DNA of 64,000 nucleotides, from positions 36,766,001 to 36,830,000 of the forward strand of contig OY740805.1 in the NCBI GenBank assembly GCA_963514005.1. Direction: 5' to 3'. The notes beneath the pieces are model-generated. The model saw only the letters and a list, made by a program, of their open reading frames with translations, was not told where the DNA came from and made no database searches. The position numbers and the translations under genes are program-made. The first letter of the stretch is position 1. Every line of letters begins with the position of its first letter. This document shows, piece after piece, positions 47,201 through 61,500 of this stretch. The stretch comes from Raja brachyura (Eukaryota).

Positions 47201-50200
47201 AATGTTCCCTTCCAAAATTTCAATATTATTTTTTTCCCTATTATCAAACAGTAATCAAAGAAATTTCTTTGATTTACCGTTAATACCAATTTTGAGTCCG
47301 GAATTCCTAACATTATTAACTTTGGATCAGAATCCTGTTTAACTCTAAGAACTTCAGAAATAACTCTAAAGTTTTCTGTCCAATAATACCTAAGTTTTGA
47401 ACACGTTACAAAACTATGTATTAAATTAGCCTCTAAATTCTGACATTTATCACAAATAGGAGAAACGTTAGGAAAAATTCTATTTAATTTAGTTTTTGAA
47501 TAATGTAATCTATATAATACTTTAAATTGTATCAATGTATGCCTAGCATTTAACGAACAACGATGTATACGTTGTAAACTTTTTTCCCAAGTTTCTTTTG
47601 TTATAGATAATCCTATTTCATTTTCCCAAGCTTGGCGATATATTTCTGTTGTTGGATTCTCCCTATCCAAAATAATATTATATATATGTTTTGTGTCTAC
47701 TTTTCTATTAACATTTATGTTGCACTTGTAATGAGTTGAAACGCAAATTTCAGTTCAGTTCTGGGCCGGTTTCTTCCCATCTGTTATCAGGTAACTGAAC
47801 CATACGACCAGAACCATAGATTAGTGCTGAACTACTATCTACCTCATTGGTGACCCTGGGACTATCATTGATCGGACTTCATCGGATCGCACTTTGCACT
47901 AAACGTTATTCCCTTATCATGTGTGTATACACTGTAAATGGCTCGATTGTAATCATGTTTTGTTGTTCTGCTGACTGGTTAGCACGCAACAAAAGCTTTT
48001 CACTCTACCTCGGTACACGTGACAATAAACTAAACTGATAACTGCAATCCTGCTGCTTGGTCCTTGGTCCTGCATTTCTTGGAACGTGGGAATGTAAGGA
48101 ACGTGAGAGCAATGTGTTGAAATTGCAGAACCTTTGTACTGTTGTTAGTAGCAAAACACCCGAAATGTTTCACAATGCAGGAAATGTCCTCAGGTTAAGT
48201 ATTTCTGCTATTTCAGTGTTTCCACAACGCGATTGAGACATGACTCGACTGATGCTTGAGAACCACTTGAAACCTATTATGTTAATTTATATGCTGGAAA
48301 AAAACCGGTCTTGTGGAAAAACAGTCGGGGACAAAGAAAAATTGTTCCCATGTAACCTCCCTGATAATTGTTTCTTAGGATCTCAGGCTGTCGATTTCGC
48401 TACAAGTACGCATTTATATTTACAATCAATCTCTTGTGCAATAATACTCGATTCAGCAATGTAACATTAGTACATTAGCTTGCAGTAATAGAGTTAAATA
48501 TATATTTTAGCTATGAAAAACAAATATTATTTTGGAAAAGAATCTGGAGGTTAAGCGTTAAGATCAGAAACATTCGAACACTCACTGAGGAAGACATAAA
48601 CAATCTCCCAGAAGTACTGGTGGACAGAGGATCTACGGGTGTAGAGGAACTGAAATACATTTCCATTAGGCGAGAAATAGTATTGGGTAGCCAAATGGGA
48701 TGAAGGATGATAAATCTCCTGCGCCCGATGGCCTGCATCCCAGGGTCCTCAGTGAGGAGGCTCTAGAAATAATGGACACATTGGTGATAATTCTCCAATG
48801 TTCAATAGATTCAGGATCCGTTCCTGTGGATTGGCAGATAGCTAATGTTATCCCACGTTTGAAGAAAGGAGCGAGAGAGACAACGGGGATTACAGACCAG
48901 TTAGTCCGATTCGGTGTTGGGAAAGATGCTGGAGTCAATTACTAAAGAGGTAGTAATGGGGCGTTCGGATAGCAGTAAAACGATTAGTCCAAGTCAACAT
49001 GGATTTATGAAACGGAAATCATGGTTGACTAATCTTCTGGAATGTTTTGAGGATGTGACAAGTAAAATGGATGAAGGAGTGCCAGTGGACGTAGTGTATC
49101 TAGGCTTTCAGAAAGCCTTTGATAAGGTACCGCACGAGAGACCGCACAGCCATCCACCATTACTCTCTGGCATCTCCCATTCAGCCACTGTCGAATCCAT
49201 CTTGCTACCTCGCCATTAACACTCAAAGAATGAACCTTCTTAACGAACCTTCCATGGGGAACCTTGTCAAAGGCCTTACTGATATCCATATAGACAACAT
49301 CCACTGCTTTAACCTCATCAATTTCCCTAGTAACCTCTTTTAAAAAAAGGTTTGTCAAACATGACCTTCCAGGCACAAATCCATGTTCTGTTCCTGATCA
49401 GACCCTGTTTATCCAAATGCTTATATATATTATCTCTAAATATCCTTTCCATTAATTTGCCCACCACTGACGTCAAACTAACAGGTCTATAATTGCTTGG
49501 TGTATTCGTTGAACCCTTTTGAAACAATGGAACAACATGCGCAGTACGCCAATCCTCCGGGACTATTCCCGTTTCTAGTGACATTTGAAATATTTCTGTC
49601 ATGGCCCCTGCTATTTCTGCACTAACTTCCCTCAATGTCCGAGGGAATATCCTGCCAGGACCCGGAGACTTATCCACTTTTATATTTTTCAAAAGTGTCA
49701 GTACTTCCTCCTCTTTGAATCTCATAGTTTCCATAGCTACTCTACTTTTTTCCCCTTACCTCACAGAGTTCAATATCCTTCTCTTTGGTGAATACAGAAT
49801 AAACTAAATTGTTCAATATCTCCCCCATCTCTTTTGGCTCTGCAGATAGCTGTCCATTCTGGATAATGGAATGTTGGCCTTCATAACTTGAGGATTTCAG
49901 TACAGGGGTAAAGAGGTTCTTCTGCAGTTGTGTAGGGTTCTGGTGAGACCACATCTGGAATATTGTGTACAATTTGGGTCTCCTAATTTGAGGAAGGACA
50001 TCCTTGTGATTGAGGCAGTGAGCGTTGGTTCACGAGATTGATCCCTGTGATGCCGGGACTGTCATATGAGGAAAGATTGAAAAGACTAAGCTTGTATTCA
50101 CTGGAGTTTAGAAGGATGAGAGGATATCTTATAGAAACATATAAAATTATATAAGGACTTGGCAAGCTAGATGCAGGAAAAATGTTCCCAATGTTGGGTG

Positions 50201-51159
50201 AGTCCAGAACCAGGGGTCACAGTCTTAGAATAAAGGGGAGGTCATTTAAGACTGAGCTGAGAAAAAACTTTTTTACCCAGAGTGTTGCGTATTTATGGAA
50301 GTCCTTGCCACAGACGACGGTGGAGGCCAAATCACTGGATGGATTTAAGAGAGTTTGATAGAGCTCTAGGGGGTTAATGGAGTGAAGGGATATGGGGAGA
50401 ATGCAAGCACGGGTTATTGATAGCGGACGATCAACCATGATCATATGGAATGGCGGTGCTGGCTCGAAGAGCGGAATTTAATATATTCATTGTACATATG
50501 ATTATATGGTTATATGGTTATATGGTTATATATAAATTAATATATTTTGTAAATAGCTGCGGTCCCAGCATGGAGCCTTGGGGTACCCCATTAGCCACTG
50601 CCTGCCATTCTGAAAGGGACCCGTTAATTCCTACTCTTTGCTCCCTGTCTGCCAACCACTTCTCTATCCATGTCAGCACTATACCCCCAATACCACGTGC
50701 CCTAATTTTGCTCACTAACCTCCCATGTGGGAACTTATCAAATGCTTTATGAATGTTCAGATACACTGCATCCACTGGCTCTCCCTTGTCCATTTTCCAT
50801 CCTAAAAAATCCCAAAGGATTAGTCAAGCACGAATTCCCCTTCGTGAATCCGTGCTGACTCGGATTGATCCTGTTACTCCTATCCAAATATGCTGCTATT
50901 TCATCATATGATTCACTCCAGCATTTTTGCTATGTTGTACTTCTTCTCTTTTATTTTTATAGTTCCTGGTTCACTTGGGACACAATTACTAGTCAATTAG
51001 CTTTAAACCAGGATACTGAAGCACACAAGTAACCCCAAGAGGTTCATTGGGAGATGTGCAAACTCTTTTCAGACAGCACTCAGGGGCTGGATCAAACTTG
51101 GATAATTGGAACCAGGATCCCTAGTATCAGGGCTGATCATCATGTCAACATAGGGACAC

Positions 51160-51262
51160 AGTGGACTTCAAGCAAGAGGTAGTAAGTTCAAGATATTCTG
51201 AACTTTTCTCATGACATTTAAAAATAAAATCATCAAGATTGCTCACAGCTATTTTCACTTCC
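51160..51262 (-). pseudogene. Second disabled leader exon copy
   Basis: Paralog of 27933-28035 with the same ATG TCA TGA. Confidence 0.5.
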
Positions 51263-52710
51263 TCACAAGCAGGCAACTAAACTTACTTAATTTTGTGATT
51301 ACATTGGATGTGTGTGGTTAGTAACGACGTGTGGAAATGTATGTTGAGCACAACGCAGCTGCAGCCTGGTTGACGCCATGTGGTTTAGTTCCTCTGGATT
51401 TACCGCCCTTCTGCATTCACAGAGTTCACAAATGTGTCCACCTGCTTGATATCTCGCGGAGTAGGGGGTTTAAAGTACATACTCTCCACTGTCCAACTAG
51501 AACACACGGATTGCGGGGGGGGCTTCAACATGACGGATACGCAGGCATGTGGGACTGGTGTGGATGGGGCATGTTGGTCGATGTGGGAAAGTTGGGCCGA
51601 AGGACCTGATCCCATTCCGTATGCGTCTATGACTCTGTTAAAAGCAAACAGGGGTAACCACGGCAAAGACACAAAAAGTGGGAGTAACTCAGCGGGACGG
51701 GCAGCATCTCTGGAGAGAAGGAATGGGTAACGTTTCGGGTCCGGTTCGAGACTCTTCTTCAGACTGATGTCAGGGGAGGGGGCGGGACAAATGTAGAAGG
51801 TAGGAGTGAGAGAGGATGTTGCTGAACTGTCGTCGGAGAGAGGAGGTGAACTTCCTCAAAGTTGACACACCTGGCGGAGTTTACGCAGCGGAGTGGACAA
51901 AATGTGCAAGAAAGAACTGCACGTGCTGGTTTAATTCGAAGGTAGACACAAAACGCTGGAGTCACTCAACGGGACAGGCAGCAACTCTGGAGAGAGGAAT
52001 GGGCGATGTTTCGGGTCGAGACCCTTCTTCAGACTGATGTCAGAGGACGGGGCGTGGCAAAGATAGAATGCAGGGTATGGGATATATTGGTCGGTACGGA
52101 CAAGTTGGGCCGAAGGGCCTATTTCCACACCGTATCACTCTATGTCTCTTTGACTCCAACCCGCTTTCAGTTTCTCTAACTAAAATAGACAATATCTTAG
52201 GAAAGCAATGGAACACTCTCGATCTGAACAGATGCTGGGAATCGCTGCATCACCTGGTACACGTATCAATCCCTGGACAAGAAACTGTCTCCTTTGACGA
52301 GTACAGTACCAATGACGGCCTTTTGCAGAAATGGGGACAGTTGATAAATTGCTGTAAGCTGTTTTAGTGTGTTTTTAGACGTTGGAAGCTTCTGAGATAC
52401 TGCGCGGAAACAGTCCCTTCGGCCCACTGAGTCCGTTCCGACCAACGATCACCCCATCCATTTGTTCTATCCGACAAGTAGATACAAAATGCTGAAGAAA
52501 CTCATCGGGTGAGACAGCATCTCTGGCGAGATGGAATAGGCGACGTCTCGACCCGAAACGTCGCCCATTCGTTCTCTCCACAGATTCTGCCTCACCCGCT
52601 GAGTTATTCCAGCATTTTGTGTCTACCATCGATTTTACAGGCATTTGCAGTTCTTTATTAAACATTTCAATCCTGTTTTGCATATTTGCATGTTTGCATA
52701 TTTATATGTT

Positions 52711-52770
<60 letters not shown>

Positions 52771-52814
52771 AACATATAAATATGCATATAAAGTGCAATA
52801 GGCTATTAAAGTTC

Positions 52815-53070
52815 AGATTTTTGTTTGATTTGAGTTGAATAGTCTGATGGCTGAGGGGAAGTAGCTGTTCCTGAACCTGGATGTTGCAGATTTCAGGCTC
52901 CTGCACCTTCTACCTGAAGGCAGCGGAGAGATGAGTGTGTGGCCAGGATGGTGTGGGTCCTTGATGATGCTGCCAGCATTTTTGAGGCAGCGACTGTGGT
53001 ACATCCCCTCGATGGTATGGAGGTCAGAGCCGATGATGGAGTGGGCAGTTTACACCTTTTTGCAGCCTTT
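52815..53070 (-). mobile_element. Rex1/Babar-like LINE 3' fragment next to an (AT)n microsatellite (52713-52766)
   Basis: IIKDPHHPGH.L...LPSGRR..SL...TSRFRNSYFPSAIRL. Confidence 0.7.
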
Positions 53071-53984
53071 GCCGCTGGGGGATGGGGTTAGGAGGGACAT
53101 AGACCAGCCATGACTGAGTGGCGGATTAGACTTGATTGACCAAATGACCTAATTCTGCTCCTATCACTTATGACCTTATGACCTTATCACCTTATGAGAC
53201 ACATACGTGTATATACCGTTAGAATGGACATCCATGTAACAGAAGAGACATATTAAAGTTTCGGATACAGCAGGACTTTTTCTAACTTTCCAGCGCACAT
53301 CATTCAGCGATAAATAGTTGTCATTATTTAAAAAAACATGAACAAGATCCTTTTAACAAAGCGTTTATTATTGGTCTATTATTACAACCTGTAATAATCA
53401 CTGTCAAATCACACCATTGTGGCGCCATCTTGTGGCCGAGCCACTTTGGTCTCGAAGCTTCATTTGTCGAGCTCGAACTACAAACAATACAGGTCGGATA
53501 CAGGTGCAACAGTGTGTCACATTGATCTGAAACTCGCTGCGTGAAAGCGTAAGGGAGGTTGATACAAATGCGCATTCCATGAGGGAATTAGAGGTGTGAA
53601 TGGAAAATATGATTGCGAAACCAGAGGAATGAAGAAAGGTGGAAGGGGCGGGCAAGGGAAATGGGTGCATAGCCAGCGGGGGCACATGGAAGAACGGGGG
53701 ATGGGAGGGAGGGGGGTTGCAGGTTATTTACTGACATTGGAAAATTCAGAGTACAATATTGGGTTCTAAGCTACCGAGATGGATATGAGGTCCAGTTTCT
53801 CCAATGGCCTCACTCAGGCAATAGAAGAGACCCCGGGCAGAGGGGTCATGGGAATGTGGGAATGGGAAGGAAAGTTAAAATGGTTTGCAATGGGGAGATC
53901 CATCAGTCCATTTCCGAAAATAGATTTTATAAAGCTGGAGTAACTCAGCGGGTCAGGCAGCATCTCTGGAGAAAAGGAATGGGT

Positions 53985-54565
53985 GACCGTAAGGCTCGGT
54001 GCTGGGACCGCAGCTATTTACAATATACATCAATGATTCAGATTAAGGGATTCAAAGTAACATTAGCAAATTTGTAGATGGCAGAAGGATGGGTGGCTGT
54101 GTAAACTGTGAGGAGGATGCTATGAGGATGCAGGGTGACTTGGACAGCTTGGGGGAGTGGGGAGATGCATGGCAGGTCAGTTTAATGTGGATAAATGTGA
54201 GGTTATCCACTTTGGTGCAAGAACAGGATGGCAGATTATTACCTGAATGGTGTCAATTTGGGAAAAGAGGAAGTACAACGAGATCTGGGGGGTCCTTGTT
54301 CATCAGTCAATGAAAATAAGCATGCAGGTGCAGCAGGCAGTGAAGAAAGCAAATGGCATGTTGACCTTCATAACAAGAGGAGTTGAGTATAGGAGCAAAT
54401 GAGTCCTTCTGCAGTTGTATAGGGCCCAAGTGAGACCACACCTGGAATATTGTGCGCAGTTTTGGTCCACTAATTTGAGGGAGTGCAGCATATGTTTACA
54501 AGGTTAAATCCCGGTATGGCGGGACTGTCAAATGTTGAATGAATGGAGCAGCTGGACTTGTATAC
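53985..54565 (+). mobile_element. CR1-type LINE fragment
   Basis: [29 protein letters not shown]. Confidence 0.8.
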
Positions 54566-54730
54566 TGTATACCATATATTGTCTATTGGTCTACGCTTGA
54601 AATGTAACCACTCTGACTTGAATCTGTTGTTGCCACGAATGAACAAACAAGAACACAATGTGTAAGTATTCACAAATTACATTACCCCAAATGTGTCTGA
54701 TCCACAACAGTATCAGCACAGCTGACTGAG

Positions 54731-54820
54731 CTAATGTAGATTCAGTAATGGGTTTGCTTTTCTTGGTTTGATCTGCTGGATGAGCTTATTCAAATATGTA
54801 GGGAGTTCAACGCTTATGGT
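54731..54820 (-). CDS. Terminal exon of a third paralog (gene C); upstream exons lie outside the window
   Basis: gttttctcag|ACC; [29 protein letters not shown]. Flanks are homologous to gene B's 3' region. Confidence 0.5.
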   Translation of the reverse strand, partial: TISVELPTYLNKLIQQIKPRKANPLLNLH

Positions 54821-55599
54821 CTGAGAAAACAATATAGATACATTAGTATACCACAAGCACAGGCACAAAAAAACATTAATAGCATTGAACACAATTAACT
54901 GCAATTATTGTTATTAAAGTTCCTGTCATGTATGTGTCCACATGAATCTATAACTGGATATAGAGTCATAGAGTGATACAGCATGGAAGCAGGCTCTCTG
55001 GGCCCACATTCCCCACACCGGCCAACATATTCCCAGCTACACTAAACCCACCTGCCTACGTTTGGCCTGTATCCCTCCAAACATATCCTATCCATGTAGA
55101 ATCCAAGTTCCTTCTTTCTGGCCAGGATCGGTCCAGTTGTCCCTACCATGTTGCTTTTTTTGTTAAAGCAGCAAATCTACTTTACAAGAGTCAAGAGGGT
55201 TTGCACTAGTTACACATTTAGTGTTGGTTTTGTTTATTCTATTTTATCTAAGTTTGTTGTACTGACAACCGGACAATGGAATTCTTACTGGCAGCAGCGA
55301 AACAGGCCTGTACAGATAACAAACTTAGATAAAATATAATAAACTAAACCAACAATAAATTTGTGGGCAGTGCAAACACGAAAATACAAGATACTTGGTG
55401 CAACCCAAGAAAGTCCATAGATGTTCATAGTTGAGCCTAGTCTTCTGTGGTGTTCAAGAGCCAGATAGTTACAGGGAAGAAGCTGTTCTTGAACCTTGTG
55501 ATCAAGGTATTCAGACTCAGATATATTTTCTTGATGGTAGGAATGAAATTAGAGTGTGGCCAAATTAGTGTGGGATTTCAATGAAACTAGAAGTATTTC

Positions 55600-58500
55600 A
55601 GATTAGTTTAGTTGTTAATTTATGTTTAATTTAGTTTTGGTTAGGTTAAGTTTAGTTAAGTTTAGTTAAGTTTTATTTAGTTTAGTTTAGTTTAGTTTAA
55701 TGTAGTTTTGTGTAGTTTGGTTTAGTTTAGTGTAGTTTAGTGTGATTTAGTTTAGTATAGTTTTGTTTAGTTTAGTGTAGTTTGATTTAGTGTAGTTTAG
55801 TGAAGTTTAGCTTAGTGTAATTTAGTGTCGTTTAATTTAGTGTAGTTTAGTGTAGTTTAGAGTATTTTAGTTTAGTGTAGTTTACTTTAGTGTAGTTTAG
55901 TGTAGTTTAATGTAGTTTAGTGTAGTTTAGCGTAGTTTAGTTTAGAGTAGTTTGGTGTAGTTTAGTGTAGTTTAGTTTACTTTAGTGTAGTTTAGTTTAG
56001 TTTCGTGTAGTTTAGTGTCAGTTAGTGCAGTTTAGTTTAGTTTATTGTAGTTTAGTTTACTTTCGTGTAGTTTAGTGTCGGTTAGTGCAGTTTAGTTTAG
56101 TTTATTGTAGTTTAGTTTAGTTTATTGTAGTTTAGTGTAGTTTTGTTTAGTATAGTTTAGAGAATTGTAGTGTAGTTTAGTTTAGTTTAGTGTAGTGTAG
56201 TTTAGTGTAGTTTAGTTTAGTTTAGTTTAGTGTCGTTTAGTGTAGTTTAGCGTAGTTTAGTGTAGATTAGTGCAGTTTAGTGTAGTTTATTTTAGTTTAG
56301 TGTAGTTTAGTGCAGTTTAGTGTAGTCTAGTCTAGTTTAATGTAGTTTAGTTTAATATAGTTTAGTGTAGTTTCGTGTAATTCAGTTTAGTGTAGTTTAG
56401 TGTAGTTTAGTGTAGTTTAGTGTAGTATAGTTTAGTTTAGTGCAGTTTAGCGTAGTGTAGTTTAGTGTAGTTTAGTGTAGTTTAGTTTAGTTTAGTGTAG
56501 TTTAGATTAGTTTAGTGTAGTTTAGTATAGTGCAGTTTAGTGTAGTTTAGTTTAATGTAGTTTAGTGTAGTGAAGTTTAATGTAGTTTAGTGTAGTTTAG
56601 TGCAGTTTAGTGTAGTTTTATGTAGTTTAGTTTCGTTTACTGTAGTTTAGTGTAGTTTATCATAGTTTAGTTTAGTTTAGTTTCCTGTAGTTCAGTGTAG
56701 TTGACTGTAGTTTAGTTTAGTGTCGTTTAGTGTCATTTAGTGTAGTCTAGTTTAGTCTAGTTTAATACAGTTTAGTTTAGTGTAGTTTAGTGTAGCTTAG
56801 TTTAGTGTAATTTAGTGTAGTTTAGCATAGTTTAGTGTAGTTTAGTTTAGTGTAGTTTATTGTAATTTAGTTTAGTGTAATTTAGTTTAGTTTAGTGTAG
56901 TTTAGTGTAGTTTAATGTAGTTTAGTTTACTTTACTGTAGTTTTGTGTAGTTTAGTGTAGTTTAGTTTAGTTTAGTTTAGTTTAGTTTAGTGTAGTTTAG
57001 AGTAGTTTGTTTAGATTAATTTACTTTAGGGTAGTGTAGATTTGTTTAGTGTATTTTAGTGTAGTTTAGTGTGGTTTAGTGTAATTTAGTGTTGTTTAGT
57101 TTAGTGTAGTTTAGTGTAGTTTAGTTTAGTTTAGTGAAATTTAGTTTAGTGTAGTTTAGTTTAGTGTTTTAGTGTTTTAGTGGACAACTGTCTCAAGATT
57201 TTTAATCAATGTGTTATGGCAAAATTTAATTTTGTGAAGTTTAATTCAGTATAGTTTAGTGTTTAGTGTAGTTTAGTGTAGTTTAGTTTAGTTTACTTTG
57301 GTGTAGTTTAGTGCAGTTTAGTGTAGTTTAGTTTAGTTTAGTTTAGTTTAGTGTAGTGTAGGTTCGTTTAGTTTAGTTTAGTTTAGTGCAGTTTGGTGCA
57401 GTATAGTTTTGTGTAGTTTAGTTTTGTGACGTTTAGTTTAGTGTAGTTTCGTTTAGTATACTTTAGTGTTGTTTAGTGGAGTTTAGTGTAGTTTGGTGCA
57501 GTTTGGTATACTTCAGTGTAGTTTAGTGTAGGTTAGTTTAGTTTAGTTTTGGTTATGTGAGTGTAACTTAGTTTATTGTAGTTTAGTTTATTGTAGTTTA
57601 GTTTAGTTTAGTTTAGTGTAGATTAGTTTAGTTTTGGTAATGTGAGTGTAGTTTAGTTTATTGCAGTTTAATTTAGTGTAGTTTAGTCTCGTTTAGTGCC
57701 GTTTAGTTTAGTTTAGTGTAGTTAAGTTTAGTGTTGTTTAGTGTAGTTTAGTTTAGTTTATTGTAGTATAGTGTAGTTGAATGCAGTTTAGTGTAGTTGA
57801 CTGTAGTTTAGTTTAGTGAAGTATAGTTTAGTGTAGTTTAGTTGAGTGTAGTTTAGTGTAGTTTAGTTTAGTTTAGTGTAGTTTAGTGTAGTTTAGTTTA
57901 GTATAGTTTAGTTTAGTTTAGATTAGTGTAGTTTAGTCTAGTTTTGTGTAGTTTAGATTATTTTAGTTTAGTTGTAGTTTAGTGTAGTTTACTGTAATTT
58001 ATTTTATTTTAATTAATTTAGTGTAGTTTCGTTTACTTTAGTTTAGTGTAGTTAAGTCTAGTTTACTGTAGTTTAGTGTAGTGTAATTTAGTTTAGTTTA
58101 GTTTAGTTTAGTGTAGTTTAGTTTAGCGTAGTTTAGTGCAGTTTAGTTTAGTTTAGTTTAGATTAGTGTTGTTTAGTGTAGTTTATTTTAATTTATAGTT
58201 TACTTCAGTGTAGTTTAGTGTAGTTTAGTGTAGTTTTGTGAAGTTTAGTTTAGTTTAGTATAGTTTAGTGTTGTTTAGTGTAGTTTAGTTTAGTTTAGTG
58301 TAGTTTAGTTTTGGTTATGTTAGTGTAGTTTAGTTTAGTGTAGTTTAGTTTAGATTAGTTTAGAGTTGTTTAGTGTTGATTAGTGTAGTTTAGTCTAGTT
58401 TAGTCTAGTTTAGTTTAGTTTAGTAGTTTAGTGTAGGTTAGTTTAGTATTGTTTGGTGTAGTTTAGTTTAGTTTAGTTTAGCGTAGTTAGTGTTGTTTAG

Positions 58501-61500
58501 TTTACTATAGTGTAGTTTAGTTTTGTTTAGTTTAGTGTCGTTTAGTTTAGTTTTGGTTATGTGAGTGTAATTTAGTTTATTGTAGTTTAGTTTATTGTAG
58601 TTTAGTTTAGTTTAGTTTAGTGTAGATTGGTTTAGTTTTGGTAATGTGAGTGTAGTTTAGATTATTGTAGTTCATTTTAGTGTAGTTTATTGTAGTTTAG
58701 TGTCGTTTAGTTTAGTTTAGTGTAGTTTAGAGTATTTTAGTTTAGTGTAGTTTACTTTAGTGTAGTTTAGTGTAGTTTAATGTAGTTTATTGTAGTTTAG
58801 CGTAGTTTAGTTTAGAGTAGTTTGGTGTAGTTTAGTGTAGTTTAGTTTACTTTAGTGTAGTTTAGTTTAGTTTCATGTAGTTTAGTGTCGGTTAGTGCAG
58901 TTTAGTTTAGTTTATTGTAGTTTAGTTTAGTTTATTGTAGTTTAGTGTAGTTTAGTTTAGTATAGTTTAGAATATTGTAGTGTAGTTTAGTTTAGTTTAG
59001 TTTACTTTAGTGTAGTTTATTTTAGTGCAGTTTAGTGTAGTTTAATTTAGTGTAGTTTCGTTTAGTGTAGTTTATTGTAGTGTAGTTTAGTCTACTTTAG
59101 TGTAATGTAGTTTAGTGTAGTTTAGTGTAGTTTTGTGAAGTTTAGTTTAGTTTAGTATAGTTTAGTGTTGTTTAGTGTCGTTTAGTTTAGTTTAGTTTAG
59201 TGTAGTTTAGTGTAGTTTAGTTTTGGTTATGTTAGTGTAGTTTAGTGTAGTTTAGTTTAGGGTAGTTTAGTGTTGTTTAGTGTAGTTTAGTGTAGTTTAG
59301 TCTAGTTTAGTTTAGTGCAGTATAGTTTGGTGTAGTTTGGTGTAGTTTGGTGTAGTTTAGTTTAGTGTAGTTTAGTTTAGTTTTGGTTATGTGAGTGTAA
59401 TTTAGTTGTGACGTTTAGTTTAGTGCAGTTTAGTGTAGTTTAATTTAGTGTAGTTTCGTTTAGTGTAGTTTATTGTAGTGTATTTCAGTATACTTTAGTG
59501 TAATGTAGTTTAGTGTAGTTTGGTATACTTTAGTGTAGTTTAGTGCAGTTTAGTGTAGTTTGGTACAGTTTGGTATACATCAGTATAGTTTAGTGTAGTT
59601 TAGTTTAGTGTATTTTAGTGTAGTTTAGTTTAGTTTAGTTTAGAGTTGTTCAGTGTAGGTTAGTGTAGTTTAGTTTAGTGTAGTTTAGTTTAGTTTTGGT
59701 TATGTGAGTGTAATTTAGTTTATTGTAGTTTAGTTTATTGTAGTTTAGTTTAGTTTAGTTTAGTGTAGATTGGTTAATTTTGGTAATGTGAGTGTAGTTT
59801 AGATTATTGTAGTTCAGTTTAGTGTAGTTTAGTCTCGTTTAGTGTCGTTTAGTGTAGTTTGGTTTAGTTTAGTTTAGTGTAGATTATTGTAGTTTAGTTT
59901 AGTGAAGTTTAGTTTTGATTAGAGTACGTTAGTGTAGTTTAGTGTAGTTTAGTTTAGTGTAGTTTAGTTTAGTTTAATTTAGTTTTGTTTAGTTTAGATT
60001 AGTGTAGTTTAGTCTAGTTTACTGTAGTTTAGATTAGTTGAGTGTAGTTTAGTGTAATTTGATCCAGTTTGGTGTAGTTTAGAGCAGTTAAGTTCAGTTT
60101 CGTGTAGTTTAGTGTAGTTTACTGTAGTTTAGTTTAGTGTAATTTAGTTTAGTTTAGTGTAGTTTAGTGTAGTTTAATGTAATGTAGTTTAGTTTAGTTT
60201 ACTGTAGTTTAGTGTAGTTTAGTTTAGTGTAGTTTATTTCAGTTTAGTGTAGTTTAGTGTAGTTTAGTGTAGTGTAGACTAGTTTAGTGTAGTTTAATGT
60301 AGTTTAGTTTAGTGTAGTTTAGTGTAGTTTAGTGTAATTTAGTGTTGTTTAGTGTAGTTTAGTGTAGTTTAGTGTAGTTTAGTTTACTTTAGTGAAATTT
60401 AGTTTAGTGTAGTTTAGTTTACTTTAGTGAAATTTAGTTTAGTGTAGTTTAGTTTATAGTTTAGTGTCGTTTAGTGTAGTTTAGTGTAGTTTAGTTTCGT
60501 TTACTTTAGTGTAGTTTAGTGCAATTTTATGTAGTTTAGTGTAGTGTAGTGTAGTTTAGTTTAGTGCGGTTTAGTTTAGTGCAGTATAGTTTGGTGTAGT
60601 TTAGTGTAGTTTAGTGTAGTGTAGTTTTGTGACGTTTAGTTTAGTGTAGTTTAGTGTAGTTTAGTTTAGTGTAGTTTAGTGTAGTTTCGTTTAGTGTAAT
60701 TTATTGTAGTGTAGTTTAGTATACTTTAGTGTAATTTAGTTTAGTGTAGTTTAATGTAGTTTAGTGTAGTTAAGTGTAGTTTTGTATACTTTAGTGTAGT
60801 TTAGTGGAGTTTAGGGTAGTTTAGTTTAGTTTAGCGTAGTTTAGTGCAGTTTAGTTTAGTTTAGTTTAGATTAGTGTAGTTTAGTGTAGTTTATTTTAAT
60901 TTATAGTTTACTTCAGTGTAGTTTAGTGTAGTTTAGTGTAGTTTTGTGAAGTTTAGTTTAGTATAGTTTAGTGTTGTTTAGTGTAGTTTAGTTTAGTGTA
61001 GTTTAGTTTAGTTTTGTTTAGTTTAGTTTTGTTTAGATTAGATTAGTGTAGTTTAGTCTAGTTTACTGTAGTTTAGATTAGTTTAGTGTAGTTTAGTATT
61101 ATTTAGTTGATTGTAGTTTAGTGTAATTTGGTCCAGTTTAGTGTAGTTTAGTGCAGTTTAGTTCAGTTTCATGTAGTTTACTGTAGTTTAGTTTAGTGTA
61201 ATTTAGTTTAGTTTGGTGTAGTTTAGTGTAGTTTAATGTAGTTTAGTTTAGTTTACTGTAGTTTACTGTAGTTTAGTGTAGTTTAGTGTAGTGTAGTTTA
61301 GTATAGTTTAATGTAGTTTAGTTTAGTTTAGTTTAGTGTCGTTTTGTGAAGTTTAGTTTATAGTTTAATGTCGTTTAGTGTAGTTTAGTTTACTTTAGTG
61401 TAGTTTAGTTTAGTGTAGTGTAGTTTAGTTTAGTGCAGTTTAGTTTAGTTTTGTGCCGTTTAGTTTAGTGTAGTTTCGTTTAGATTAGTTTAGAGTTGTT

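Larger units (their letters stand above)
35280..55700. repeat. Tandem segmental duplication, unit 2
   Basis: Collinear with unit 1 apart from indels, including loss of the middle V exon near 39010. Confidence 0.95.

Noticed and set aside
16616-52674. Whole duplication being a false haplotig duplication
   Set aside because: The units differ in TM/tail exons, V exon number and several insertions, and diverge in the flanks. Only the near-identical core remains open to an assembly caveat.
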